This document shows, in pieces, positions 1-12,479 of a DNA stretch of 64,000 nucleotides. Every line of letters begins with the position of its first letter. Position 1 is the first letter of the stretch. The position numbers were made by a program, and so were the translations under genes. Source of the DNA: Octopus sinensis (Eukaryota); contig NC_043017.1 in assembly GCF_006345805.1 (NCBI RefSeq), positions 25,730,001-25,794,000 on the forward strand, written 5' to 3'. The notes under the pieces are model-generated. The model was not told the origin of the DNA and ran no database searches. It saw nothing but the letters and a program-made list of their open reading frames with translations.

Positions 1-78
1 AACTCACAACGTAACGGCAGACGAAATACCGCTAAGCATTTCGCCCGACGTGCTAATGTTTCTGCCAGCTCGCCGCCT
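1..78 (-). mobile_element. SINE family A, 5' part (truncated by window edge)
   Basis: Reverse complement of the head aggcggcgagctggcagaaac...gagtt seen in full copies such as 58225-58460. Confidence 0.85.
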
Positions 79-354
79 AAAACAAGTACCGATTGAGCAC
101 TGGGATCGATGTAACTGACTTACCCGTCTTCCGAATTTGCTGGCCTTGTGCCAAACTTTGAAAGCCGTATTATGAATGTTACATAAAACTTAACTGATTC
201 CTGTTTATCAGCTCAAACTCTTAACGTACACCGAATTTCATTAAACAAATGCCCAAAAGCCGAAGCAGTTTCTGATTCGCAGAAGCAGCTTTTCACAGAG
301 AAAATTGTTTGCACAATAAGATACTTGCTCGAAGCCATTAGTAAAATTTAATAC

Positions 355-454
355 CGTATAATTTATCTGCCACAAAAACGATAGCAGCAAATCCCACGCC
401 AGGGAAAGTAATAACATTTGGTTCAACATACCCCATAGCAAAAACTGTCATAAA
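355..454 (-). CDS. Candidate internal exon of a membrane protein, possibly CDP-alcohol phosphotransferase family (FMTVFAMGYVEPNVITFPGVGFAAIVFVADKLY-G)
   Basis: Minus-strand acceptor aattatttcctcgtgcag, and only the phase-0 frame is open. Codons are RNY-like and G/A/V-rich, and the peptide is hydrophobic. Donor TACG|gtatta is weak; otherwise the frame stops at 340-338. YVEPNVITFPGVGFAAIVF resembles the PNxI(T/S/G) first-TM motif of PIS/CEPT/EPT/CPES enzymes (from memory, not searched). Confidence 0.45.
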
Positions 455-1127
455 CTGCACGAGGAAATAATTCTTGTGATTAATCAAAAGTAATTCCACA
501 GAGGCAACAAAATTTATAAATTATTCAATGGCAATAGTTAACGTTATGTATAGAAAAAACAATTTCGCTGGGTAACTATAGAAACCATCCAAATAATACG
601 AATGTATAAAGACTAACTGAAAGTCATTGTGATTGTGAAAATACCGTTTTATTTCCTGCATTAAAAATGAATGAGCAATCTTGTTGCATATTGAACGATT
701 ACAAGAGAGGATTACTCAGAGATTTAAAGAAAGTATTCTTATCGCGGATGCACAGTTTAAAATGCAGAGGCCTCAAGTTCTGTGTAGATCAAAGACGTAA
801 GTTTCATTTGACCCTAGAGAAAACCGAACGAGAAAATCACATTCATACAGCCCTATGCACTCTCCGGTAGATATAGGCACTATTGCTACCTGGTGCAATA
901 CAACGTAGACTTGATCGGAACTATATATACTTAGGTGGGTTTCTAAATAATTCAGATTAAAGCAATTCTAAGCACAAGACTGCGTCGAGGATCTCTGCTT
1001 TGGCCGTTGCTCTGAGCTCACCTGGTTTCCATCGTCAGAATTTGAAATATAAGATATTAAGTGAAACCCCTTCAATACTCAAAAACAAAAATGGTGCTGC
1101 CAAGAGGCCCTGGTTGATAATCACCTG

Positions 1128-1740
1128 CAGTGTCGCCATCTATCGGGCATCGATGTTTCAAGCTTCTTGGCTATTTTCGATGAGATGTACCGAAGAGAGA
1201 CAACTCTGAACGAACTTATAAAGCCGCAGGTTTATGCATAATTCAGATAACGCGTTGCCTGTTATACAATAGTAGATTGCCCGACCGAGGAAAAATAACG
1301 AAGTGTCAGCACTAAACAGTGTTTAGGTATGAGCAGAATTAGTTAAGTTGAAATATGTTTCAACAGATGGCGACACTGAACGAATCGGGTGTTTTCACAC
1401 CTTTTGCCAAAAGAAAGATACATTCTGCACGGTAACTGCTCTGTATTTGCCTTTTAACAGTTGACACACGTGACAAACTTATTTCAACTTAACGCTAACA
1501 CTTCGATATTTTCCCTCGGTCGGGCAATCTACTAACGCAAATTAGTTGTCTTGACTGAATTATACATAAAGCCATGGTTTTATAAGTTCGTTCAGAATTA
1601 CCTGTCTTAGGTACATCTCATTGACAAGAACCAAGAAGCTTGAAACATCGATGCCTCACATTCCTAACGAACGAACACTGAACGAACCGGTTTTCACATC
1701 TTTTTACTATAAGGGGGATATATTCCGCACGATAACTGCA
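1128..1740. repeat. Complex foldback element
   Basis: Inverted arms 1146-1310 and 1494-1655; 1128-1141 is inverted at 1365-1378; about 1373-1440 is directly repeated at about 1675-1740. Confidence 0.85.
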
Positions 1741-1760
1741 GAGTGTATATATATATATAT

Positions 1761-1988
1761 ATTTCTTTACTGCCCACAAGGGGCTAAACATAGAGAGGAC
1801 AAACAAGGACAGACAAAGGGATTAAGTCGATTACATCGACCCCAGTGCGAGACTGGTACTTTTATTTATCGACCCCGAAAGGATGAAAGGCAAAGTCGAC
1901 CTCGGCGGAATTTGAACTCAGAACATAACAGACGAAATACCACTAAGCATTCCGCTCGGCGCGCTAACGTGTCTACAACCTCGCCGCC
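1761..1988 (-). mobile_element. SINE family A, full length
   Basis: About 230-bp match to the other family A copies (cccacaaggggctaaac...gaaaggatgaaaggcaaagtcgacctcggcggaatttgaactc...tcgccgcc). Confidence 0.9.
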
Positions 1989-2121
1989 GTGTGTATATAT
2001 ATATATATATAATATATTAAATTATATATCATTCACACAGACGCACGCATGCACACACATGCATAGACACACACACACACACATACTGCTAGACGCAGTA
2101 TAATATCTTAAAGGAAAAATT

Positions 2122-2295
2122 TAATCGTCACTAAATGTGACTGAGGGTGCCGATGTACCAATGTTGCTAGAAATAGGAGTTAAAAATTCTTAATGCTGTA
2201 AGAAAAGCGCTCTCCTTACAACATTAAGTGTATTTAACTCTTATTTCTAGAAATGTTATTGCTTCGGCACACTCAGTCACATTCAGTGACGATTA
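2122..2295. mobile_element. MITE-like palindrome (~174 bp)
   Basis: taatcgtcactaaatgtgactgagggtgccga... pairs with ...tcggcacactcagtcacattcagtgacgatta along nearly the whole length; TA ends. Confidence 0.8.
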
Positions 2296-2349
2296 TATAT
2301 ATTGTGGTGTGTGTATATTAATATATATATATACATATAATATGTGTGT

Positions 2350-2640
2350 GTGGAGGCGCAATGGCCCAGTCGTTAGGGCAGCGAACTCGCGGTCGGAGGA
2401 CCACGGTTTCGATTCATTGACCGAGCGTTGTGTGTGTTTATTAAACGTAAACACCTAAAAGCTCCACGAGGCTCCGGCAGTCGGTTGTGGCGAACCCTGT
2501 TGTACTCTATCACCACATCTTTCTCTCACTCTCTCTTCCTATTTTCTTTAGCTGGCGTCCCGTCCAGCTGCTGTGGGGAACGCATACGCCACAGAAACCG
2601 GGAAACCGGGCCCACGTGCCTGGCTAGGCTTTAAAAGGGT
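2350..2640 (+). mobile_element. tRNA-derived SINE family C head with tail T2
   Basis: tRNA-like head ggaggcgcaatggcccagt...ggtttcgattc with A and B boxes. Tail ctggcgtcccgtccagctg...gaaaccgggaaaccggg...ctaggctttaaaaggg is shared with 50523-50772. Confidence 0.85.
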
Positions 2641-2675
2641 GACGTTTATCGTGTTATATATATATATATATATAT

Positions 2676-2886
2676 ATTTCTTTACTAGAGGAGACAAACA
2701 AGGACAGACAAACGGATTAAGTCGATTACATCGACCCCAGTGCGTAACTGGTACTTAATTTATCGACCCCGGAAGGATGAAAGGCAAAGTCGACCTCGGC
2801 GGAATTTGAACTCGGAACGTAACGGCAGACGAAATACGGCAACGCATTTCGCCTGGCGTGCTAACGTTTCTGCCAGCTCGCCGCCT
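2676..2886 (-). mobile_element. SINE family A
   Basis: Direct similarity to the other family A copies. Confidence 0.9.
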
Positions 2887-3098
2887 TCTATATATATATG
2901 TATGTATGTGTGTGTGTGTGAAATCATGTATGTTATAGGTATTTTTACGTATATAAGATATCAAAGTCATTCATGTTATTCTGGTGTCTTCGTGTTACAA
3001 AGTTTTATTTGTAACTATGCTGCTGAGGACATATATTCTCCCTTTATTTATATATATATATATATTGGCTAAACTGGCAAAATGACCATTCCGAAATA

Positions 3099-3146
<48 letters not shown>

Positions 3147-3164
3147 ATATATATAGGAAGAATT

Positions 3165-3285
3165 CACAATGACGAAGACAGGTGGTATAGACAACAAACA
3201 GATTTTATTAGTATAACGCTCGGGAATTAAAAAAGTCTATAACCTTTCGAGCCTACGCTCTTTCACAGAAAGGAACATAGAACAC
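3165..3285. repeat. Dispersed microsatellite-associated repeat family E (also ~5700-5810 and ~26475-26630)
   Basis: caggtgg...acaaacagatgtattagtataacgctcgggaat...acgtttcga.cctacgctcttc.acagaaagg is shared by three loci, each abutting (TA)n/(GA)n/(CA)n. Confidence 0.85.
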
Positions 3286-3329
3286 ACACACACACACACA
3301 ACGAAAGACAAAACCTCCTCCAACTGACG

Positions 3330-3480
3330 CCGATCAGTCTTGCCTGATGACATTCAAATTTATGTAGTGCAATGTCTGCTAATTTATTGCACTCGTCTGT
3401 TCATCTGCACATCTGTCTGTTGCGATTGCGTGAAGCTGTCCCCAATCGAGACGCCATTTTAACCAGTTGCTACATTCCGT
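3330..3480 (-). pseudogene. Possible hAT-type transposase remnant
   Basis: LDWGQLHAIATD resembles LDWxKLxxxxTDGA of hAT/Charlie-like transposases; stops follow. Confidence 0.3.
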
Positions 3481-4305
3481 GTGAAAACACATTACATATT
3501 ATTCTACTGTAAATACTATTGGGAGAAAAATAGGAATTATATGTTAAAAAAATATTAATAATTTGTATTTCGATGAATAAAATTTATTAAAATCTATAAA
3601 ATAGAAATATAAGTTTCAATTGTATTACATGTCCCCTTATGTTTCACAATACTTTCACGAAGCGGATTTTCATTATTTCTCGTGTATTTCAATTATCATA
3701 CGTCTTCCTCATTCACCAGAAAATTGTTAAATACGTTGCATTCTATGATCTATTATTTTTAAATTGAATTATTTAAAACATCATGATTTACATTTTCCAG
3801 AATATAATAACTGTAAAGAAGCTGTTACATAATTCATTTCCTACACAATGCATCAAAATGTTCTTTCGGTGAAGTTTGAGAAAAATAAACTTCTGTCTGT
3901 TGCTTTGTATACTTTGTGTTGTTTTACACAACTTAGTTTTAAACTGTTTTCGGAATGATGTATATCGATCTGATTATATAGTTTTTTATTAACTCCTGTT
4001 GTGTGAAAGGCATTCATCATTCAACCATGCAGTCACAAAGCTGGTTATAAATTGTGATTAATGTTGCCGCTTGGTAAGGAACATCGTTTCCTAAACACGT
4101 CTTCCTCAGTTCAATGTGTAATACGTTCTAGCCGGGCTATGGACTTTGTCTATCAGCTCACATGTATACACACGCACGCACAGAAACACACACACACACA
4201 AACACACACACAAACACACACAGAATATAGATGCCTGCTCAAGTTCAAATCTCTTGAGCACTATGAAATCTATCTGTATATTGAATAACTGTCTTTAACC
4301 TATAT

Positions 4306-4362
<57 letters not shown>

Positions 4363-4909
4363 TGCATGTACGTATATTTGTATGTATGTTTGTATGCATG
4401 CATGGATACAAAGATATGTATATATATATATATATATATATACACAAGATAAGAAAATGGAGAAATACAATCAAATATCAATTACCAGATAATGCTTAAT
4501 CACATACTTTATTAAACCACCACATACATTATTAAACCACCACATTATGTAGGGTTACACATAAAAAAGCAGAACAAATCAGTGTACATAAAGGAATGTA
4601 CATAAAAAAGTGTACATAAAAGAGTGATGTTGTATAATAAGTAGAATATATATAAAAAAGAGAATATACATATAAGTAAATATAAATATAAGTATAGATT
4701 ACATCTTACAGCTGTTTCGGCCATGTAGATAAGTATGTCCCATTTTACCAATATTGGCCTTTTATGGTAGGTCAATATATATATATATATATATATATGA
4801 GAGGTGTACCTGCGCGTGTATATAAATATATGTATGTGTGTGTGCGTTTGTGTTTGAATGTACGTATATGTATGTATTTCTATACGATGGACTTCCATAG
4901 AGCTTCTGA

Positions 4910-5137
4910 TTTCTTTATTGCCCAAAAGGGGCTAAACACAGAGAGGACAAACAGTGACAGACAAACGGTTTAAGTCGATTACATCGACCCAAATGCATAA
5001 CTGGTGCTTAATTTATCGACCCCGAATGGATGAAAGGCAAAGTCGGCCTCGGCGGAATTTGAACTCAGAACGTAGTGGCAAACGAAATGCCGCTAAGCAT
5101 TTCACCCGGCGTGCTAACGTTTCTGCCAGCTCGCCGG
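4910..5137 (-). mobile_element. SINE family A
   Basis: Direct similarity to the other family A copies. Confidence 0.9.
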
Positions 5138-5308
5138 CTTCCAAACAGTTTCTGTCCACTCAATTCACTCATATTATATTGGTCATCCTAAGCCTAAAGC
5201 AAGATCAAAAGAACTTGCTCATAGTGCCATGACCTGGGACAGAACCTGACACCATCTGGTTGCGAAACTATGCCTGTATCTACCATATGTTACCTAATGA
5301 GGGATGGT

Positions 5309-5366
5309 ATAGAGTAATCCCTCGACTATCGCGGGCGTTGCGTTCCAAAACACCCGCGTTGTGCGA
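5309..5366 (+). mobile_element. Tc1/mariner (pogo/Tigger-like) terminal-repeat fragment
   Basis: TA|gagtaatccctcgactatcgcggg...gcgttccaaaacacccgcg resembles pogo-like TIRs; the partner end was not found. Confidence 0.45.
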
Positions 5367-5383
5367 GGTAGACAAATCAACAC

Positions 5384-5452
5384 GCTGGTTTAGTTTAATA
5401 GCAGAGCACCCAGCCTGGATCTGAGGGTTACAGGTTCGAATCCCGTAGTCCT
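5384..5452 (+). pseudogene. Degenerate tRNA-like sequence (SINE head or tRNA pseudogene)
   Basis: A-box-like tagtttaatagcagagc and B-box ggttcgaatcc; the anticodon arm would read TGG; the acceptor stem is mismatched. Confidence 0.4.
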
Positions 5453-5626
5453 CTGCTGGAAACTGCATCCCGTCTTACAAGGGTAAATACCCAATCATTG
5501 TTTGGTGTTCTTACAACTTTATGGTATTCGAAAAATGCTTTCTTGTCTGTATAAAATACGTGTATGAAATACATTCAACGCTACCAAAGATTGTTTATAT
5601 ATGTATATGTGTATCTAACTATCCAA

Positions 5627-5706
<80 letters not shown>

Positions 5707-5814
5707 GGACAGGTGGTGTAGAAAACAAACAGATGTATTAGTATAACGCTCGGGAATTGAAAAAGTCTTTAACGTTTCGAGTCTACGCTCTTCTACAGAA
5801 AGGAACACACACAC

Positions 5815-5867
<53 letters not shown>

Positions 5868-6221
5868 TATATATTCGCTGAAAAATCTATGGCTTCTGAT
5901 CATGTATATACGGTATTTGAATAACGTGCGTGAAAGTCGTGTCCTATAGTCTAAAGTCAACGGATTGGAAATAATGAAAGAATAAAATGAAATAATGTAA
6001 TTTCAGAGAAAAACACAACTCAACGAGATGATTGAGGACGAACTATGCATTTTCAGAGAGTTTTTAAACTCATTAAAATCACCATAAATATTAATTGCTC
6101 TTGAACGGCTTACCAATTGAGACTTGAAGGCGTCTGGAAATTATTGTAGAATATTTACGATATTTGATGAGTTTTAATGACGTCCTCACAAAATTTCACA
6201 CAATTGTTGCTTTATCACGAG

Positions 6222-7062
6222 AGATTATCGGTCTTGGTAGTGCATGTGAATAATTTTAATTATTGTTAAAGCTAGAAGAGTTACAAGACATGGACTAATT
6301 CACCGAATTTTTACTGAATTTGTTCTGAATTTTTAGCGAATGCGTAACGAATTATGACCAAATTCGAGGTGGTGCAGCAAATACGTACAGGCGCTTTCTG
6401 AAATACATTTACAAAATATATCACAATAAATTATCGGACTTTGTAGTCCACATAAATAACTTTAATTATTGTTAAAACTAAGTTACAAAACTGGGACTAA
6501 TTCACCAAATTTTTACTGAATTTCTTCCGAACTTTTAGCGAATGCGTTCCGAATTTTGAATAAATTCGAGGCGTTGGAGCAAAAACCGTAGACGCGCTTT
6601 CTGAAATACATTCACAAAATATATCACAATATATATCTTTACTACCCACAAAGGGGCTAAACACAGAGGTGACAAACTAGGACAGACAAACGGATTAAGT
6701 CGATTACATCGACCCCAGTGCGTAACTGGTACTTAATTTATCGATCCCGAAAGGATGAAAGGCAAAGTCGACCTCGGCGGAATTTGAACTCAGAAAGTAA
6801 CGGCAGACGAAATATGGCTACGCATTTCGCCCGGCGTGCTAACGTTTTTGCCAGCTCGCCGCCTTAATCACAATAGATTATCGGACTTTGTAGTCCACAT
6901 AAATAACTTTAATTATTGTTAAAGCTACAAGAGTTACAAGACTGGGACTAATTCACCGAATTTGTACCGAATTTTTACTGAATATCTTCCGAATTTTGAA
7001 CAACTTCAAGCCGATGCGGCAAAAACGTACAGGCGCTTTCTGAAATACATTCACAAAATATA
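6222..7062 (+). repeat. ~200-bp minisatellite, 3 units
   Basis: Units start near 6222, 6430 and 6873 and share ttaattattgttaaa...gactaattcacc...gcgctttctgaaatacatt.acaaaatatat. Confidence 0.9.
6632..6866 (-). mobile_element. SINE family A inserted into a tandem repeat, 9-bp TSD
   Basis: TSD atcacaata at 6623-6631 and 6867-6875. Confidence 0.92.
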
Positions 7063-8284
7063 TGTCTTATACGTTTCATAGGCCAGGCTTTGTTCATGAT
7101 GAAAGATAAATTAGCCCAAGCAAGTCTTATGTGGTTAAGACTCTCGTTAGCTCGCTTCGCAAACTAATTGGTTTCGGGTTCAGTCCCATATTCTGTCACC
7201 TTGTGCACACATCTTCTATTATAGCACCTAGTCAACCTATGTCTTTTCAGTGAATTTGACCAACAGAAACTGTGAGGAAGACCATTGCACATGTGTTTGT
7301 GTAGGCGTGTGTTATGTTGGGCCCTATGCTTGTGTTTGTCGCCCATTCTACCATCACTTGACAACCGTTATGTCCTTGTGAATTAGTGGTTCGACAAAAG
7401 AAACCAATAAAATATGTAACAGGCTTTTTGAAAAATAAGCAGAGGAGTCGGCATCTTCGACTAAATTCTCCAAGGTGGTGCCCCAGCATGGGCGTAGTTC
7501 AACGACTTAAGCACGTAACAGATAAAATGCTCTCCCATCGAATGGTCTTTAGTGCAGTAACCACAAGGGCCGCTTCTCCTAAACCCCAAATATTACAAGA
7601 AGGGACTAAATCTAGCTGCACTTCATCTAACCTTCCCACCCTAGATCTAAGCAGATGTATACACATTACCCAGCATTTTCTTCCAATCATTTACATCCAT
7701 GGAAAATCTAGAGTTAAGTGGGTGTCCATACAATGTTTTCTATATTTATTCTATATGTATATATTTTGTCTATTTATTTATTTGATTAAATAGCTAGCTA
7801 TTCGTATATCTATCTATCTATACTTATCTTTCAATATTAGACAAATGAATAGAATGTTGAGTATGTGAATGATCTTCAAACTGTTAAACGTTGTGTGCCA
7901 ATGGTCCTGTGGCTAGGCGAGCAGCATCGAATACCGTGTTCAGAGTTCAATTCTGCTCTGGGCCGGCATTAACGAGGGAATATCATACTGAAATTTTTAT
8001 AGACGTAGACATGGCGAATCGTTATACATATATATATATATATTTTACTGATGAAGTGTGACCTATGGTAGACTAGCTTAATTAATTTAATTAAGTTGGT
8101 CTATCATTAAAGACACTGAAACGATGCATCGTATAAAAGATGATTAGGGTAAATGTTTTTAAATTTTCACCTTATTTCCGAATACACTACTGGCGGTTGG
8201 AGTTCTGGGCTATGCTCTTTCTGGTGACGAATGGCCTGTTTAGGCCATTCCTAAATGTTATATATTATATAATATAATATATAT

Positions 8285-9097
8285 ACACACACAACAGTTA
8301 GGTAGTTTTAGATAACTGTGCTAATCTGAAATTTCTTAATCACTCATTGATAACCACAATTCGGAGATAATTTGGAAAAAATACTTTTTTTTTTTTTTAT
8401 CCTATTGAAAACTATACCATAATTGACAATTGGTTCTGAAAAAGCGTTGCAGAAACACATAAAAAAACACAATCTATGTACAAATATATGATAACATTTT
8501 TAATGCTGTATACTGCATAAAATCAAAAATCGATTTACTAAAACACATTTAATGCGGCTGTAAATGAAATTTCAATTTAGAGCTCTAAGTAGAAGGAAGA
8601 AAAGATGAAGAGAGACGAAGAGAGAGAGAAGAGAGAGAGACTGAAGAAACGACAGCGAAATACATAAAAATAGTGTGCTTGATTTGGTAGAAAAACAAGA
8701 AGAGGTGTTTCGGCCATATTGGATTCTCTTTAGTTTCAATATAGACTATAGATACGTAGCGATTGTTATATTTTAATATATCATTATATCTAATCAATCT
8801 CTAGAGAGCTGAGTGTTTGGTCGTGAGAAAAATAAGCGTTGTTCGATACTTTCGTGTGTGGTTGTATTTGCATAGATAGATAGATAGAGAGAGAGAGAGA
8901 TTGATACATTTACTCACAGCCACACTGGCACACACTCACACACGAATATAGATAGTTAGCTAGCTAGATAGATAGAGGCAAACATGCATATATATATATA
9001 TATATATATATTATATTTATAGTTTTGCATGTATATATGCGTATCTATCTATCTATCTATCTGTCTATCTATCTATCTATCTATCTATCTATATCTA

Positions 9098-9128
<31 letters not shown>

Positions 9129-9968
9129 ATTTCTATATATGCATGCATGCATATATAGTATGTATATATATATATCTATATAGTATATATATAATATATA
9201 TATTATACACCACACAGTTAGGTAGTTAGATAACTGTGCTAATCTGAAATTTCTTAATACTCATGATAACCACAATTCGGAGATAATTTGGAAAAAATAC
9301 TTTTTTTTTTTTTTTATCCTATTGAAAACTATACCATAATTGACAATTGGTTTCTGAAAAAGCGTTGCAGAAACACATAAAAACACAATATATGTACAAA
9401 TATATGATAACATTTTTAATGCTGTATACTGCATAATAATCAAAAATCGATTTACTAAAACACATTTAATGCGGCTGTAAATGAAATTTCAATTTAGAGC
9501 TCTAAGTAGAAGGAAGAAAAGATATGAAGAGAGACGAAGAGAGAGAGAGAGACTGCGAGAAACGACAGCGAAATACATAAAAATCGTGCTTGATTTGGTA
9601 GAAAAACAAGAAGAGGTGTTTCGGCCATATTGGATTCTCTTTAGTTTCAATATAGACTATAGATACGTAGGCGATTGTTATATTTTAATATATCATTATA
9701 TTCTAATCAATCTCTAGAGAGCTGAGTGTTGGTGTGAGAAAAATAAGCGTTGTTCGATACTTCGCGTGTGTGGTTGTATTTGCATAGATAGATAGATAGA
9801 GAGAGAGAGATGATACATTTACTCACAGCCACCCTGCACACACTCACACACGAATATAGATAGTTAGCTAGCTAGATAGATAGAGGCAAAACTGCATATA
9901 TAATATATATAATATATATAATATTTATAGTTTTGCATGTATATATGCGTATCTATCTATTATCATCT

Positions 9969-10047
<79 letters not shown>

Positions 10048-10085
10048 ATATGCATGCATGCATATATATGTATGTATATAATATA
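8285..10085 (+). repeat. ~0.9-kb tandem duplication
   Basis: About 8285-9190 matches about 9205-10085; differences are mostly 1-2-bp indels. Confidence 0.9.
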
Positions 10086-10295
10086 TATCTTTTCTCTTTT
10101 ACTTGTTTCAGTCAGTTGACTGCGGCCATGCTGGAGCACCGCCTTTAGTCGAGCAAATCGACCCGGGACTTATTCTTGTAAGCCCAGTACTTATTCTATC
10201 GGTCTCTTTTGCCGAACGCGCTAAGTGACGGGGACGTAAACACACCAGCATCGTTGTCAAGCAATGCTAGGGGGACAAACACAGACACACAAACA

Positions 10296-10327
<32 letters not shown>

Positions 10328-10497
10328 ATATATACGACAGGCTTCTTTCAGTTTCCGTCTACCAAATCCACTCACAAGGCATTGGTCGGCCCGGGCTATA
10401 GCAGAAGACACTTGCCCAAGATGCCACGCAGTGGGACTGAACCCGGAACCATGTGGTTGGTTAGCAAGCTACTTGCCACGCAGCCACTCCTGCGCCT
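10085..10497 (-). mobile_element. tRNA-derived SINE family B (OK-like), full length
   Basis: Reverse complement reads gcaggagtggctg...ggttccgggttcagtccc, then cttgggcaagtgtcttc, an internal (TA)n/(TG)n tract, and a tail ...actgaaacaagtaaagagaaaaga. Confidence 0.9.
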
Positions 10498-10519
10498 ATA
10501 TATATATATATATATATAT

Positions 10520-10635
10520 ACACGCATGCATCGCTGTGTAGTAAGAAGCTTGCTTCCCAACCTCATGGTTCCGGGTTCAGTCCCACTGCGTGGCGCCTTA
10601 GGCAAGTGTCTTTTACTATGGCTTCGAGCCGTCGT
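10520..10635 (+). mobile_element. SINE family B head fragment, inverted to 10085-10497
   Basis: ggttccgggttcagtcccactgcgtggc...ggcaagtgtc. Confidence 0.8.
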
Positions 10636-10750
10636 GTATATATATATATATATTTCAACAATTGAGGCCAAAATTAATTAATTATTAATCAATTTCACCA
10701 AGTGTTCAGTATGCAAAGGGACCATTCAAGGCGAATTCAAATTATTACAT

Positions 10751-10992
10751 TATAAAAAGGGCTTAGTAAAATAAATTACTTTGCCGCATACTGAACTCAT
10801 TAGAAATAGCAGCTAAACCTTAGCATTTGATTTTTCGATGTCCTTACCCCCAAACTTTTGTGAGTTGAATTAGCAAACATATATATGAGAGAGATTTTTT
10901 TAAGTATTAGAAATAGCTTTAAAAAGTTTTTTAGCTGCTATTTCTAATGAGTCAGTATGCGGCAAAGTAATTTATTTACTAGCCCTTTTATA
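10751..10992. mobile_element. MITE-like element with ~65-bp terminal inverted repeats
   Basis: tataaaaagggcttagtaaaataaattactttgccgcatactgaactcattagaaatagcagctaaa versus its near-exact reverse complement at about 10929-10992. Confidence 0.85.
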
Positions 10993-11823
10993 TACTATAT
11001 ATATATATTATATATATATATATACGCAATTGTTTGTGTGTGTGTGTCTTTGTGCGTGTTTCTTTGTGTGCGTGTATTTGTGTGTATTACTGTGCGTGTG
11101 TTTGTGCGTGCGCCTCTTTGTGTATGATAATGTCTTTGTATCCCCACCGCGCTTTCACAACCGGTGCTTGTGTGCTTACGTCCCTATAACTTCGCTGTTC
11201 GGGACTATAGACCGATAGAATACGTACTATGCTTTCAGAAATAAGACCAGGGCTCGATTTGCTGGAATAACACCTTCGAGGTGTTGATACAACATGGCCG
11301 CAATCAAATGACTGAAACAAGTAGAAGATAAGAGATGTATATATATATGTATTTATATATGTATATAGAAGTATGTATGTGTGTATATATATGTGTGTGT
11401 GTATGTGTGTGAGTTTATATATATATATATATGTTTGTATGTATGTGTGTATATATATGTGTGTGTGTGTGTGTGTGTGAGTTTATATATATATATATAT
11501 GTTTGTATGTATGTGTGTATATATATGTGTGTGTGTGTGTGTGTGTGAGTTTATATATTATATATATATGTTTGTATGTATTTATGTATGTATATAGATC
11601 AAACCAGTTTGATTCAAATTCGTCGATACCCTTTGATTTTCAAGCACGATGATAGTCGTCAAAAGTTTTGAAAAATTCAAAATGGCTGACGACTAGCATC
11701 GCCCTTGAAACCCAAGAGTACCAAGGAATTTGAACCACACTGTTTTGATCCATACATGTAACTTGCAATAAACTGGTTGAGTGCCTGTCTTTCGTTTGTC
11801 CACTAACTCGTATATATATATAT

Positions 11824-12118
11824 GGAGGCGCAATGGCCCAGTGGCTAGGGTAGCGGACTCGCGGTCGGAGGATCGCGGTTTCGATTCCCAGACCGGGCAT
11901 TGTGTGTGTTTATTGAGCGAAAACACCTGAAAGCTCCACGAGACTCCGGCAGGGGGTGGTGAGCCCTGTCGTACTCTTTCCCCACTGTTTCTTCCACTCT
12001 TTCCTCTGTTAGCCTGCTCGCTTAGCCAGCGGGATGGCGTCATTCAAAGGCTAAAACAATGCGAACGCATTGTGACCAGCGATGTGTAACAACATCTGAT
12101 GGTCTTGTCGGTTACGTG
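11824..12118 (+). mobile_element. SINE family C head with tail T3
   Basis: Same ~190-bp 5' part as 24949-25329. The tail gcctgctcgcttagccagcggg...ggttacgtgat is different. Confidence 0.85.
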
Positions 12119-12479
12119 ATATATATATATATATATATATCATATATATATATATACGCAATTGTGTGTGTGTATCTTTGTGCATGTTTCTTTGTGTGCG
12201 TTTGTTTGTGTGTATATGTGTGCGTGTGTGCGTGCGCGTCTTTGTGTATGATAATGTCTTTGTCTCCCCAACGCGCTTTCACAGCCGGTGCTTGTGTGCT
12301 TACGTCCCTATAACTTCGTTGCGTATATATATATATATATATATCATATATATATATATATATGATATATATGCTTGTTGTGTGTGTGTGGTATGTGTAT
12401 GTGTAACAGACGTAGATTAGCGGCATCGCCCTACAAGTCATTGTACAGGTGTGAACAATACCTGATCTGCTAATTTGGA

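Noticed and set aside
355-454. Polycystin GPS-motif or MFS interpretation of the exon
   Set aside because: It lacks the CxCxHLT residues and the spacing to the expected downstream features does not fit.
1621-2103. Recurrent ORFs containing YRPRKDERQSRPRRNLNSER
   Set aside because: Antisense translation of SINE family A; it recurs wherever the SINE does.
8160-8260. Short GC-rich segment with possible minus exon (EWPKQAIRHQKEHSPELQPPVVYSEI)
   Set aside because: Several frames on both strands look equally plausible, and its phase-2 end does not fit the 454 acceptor.
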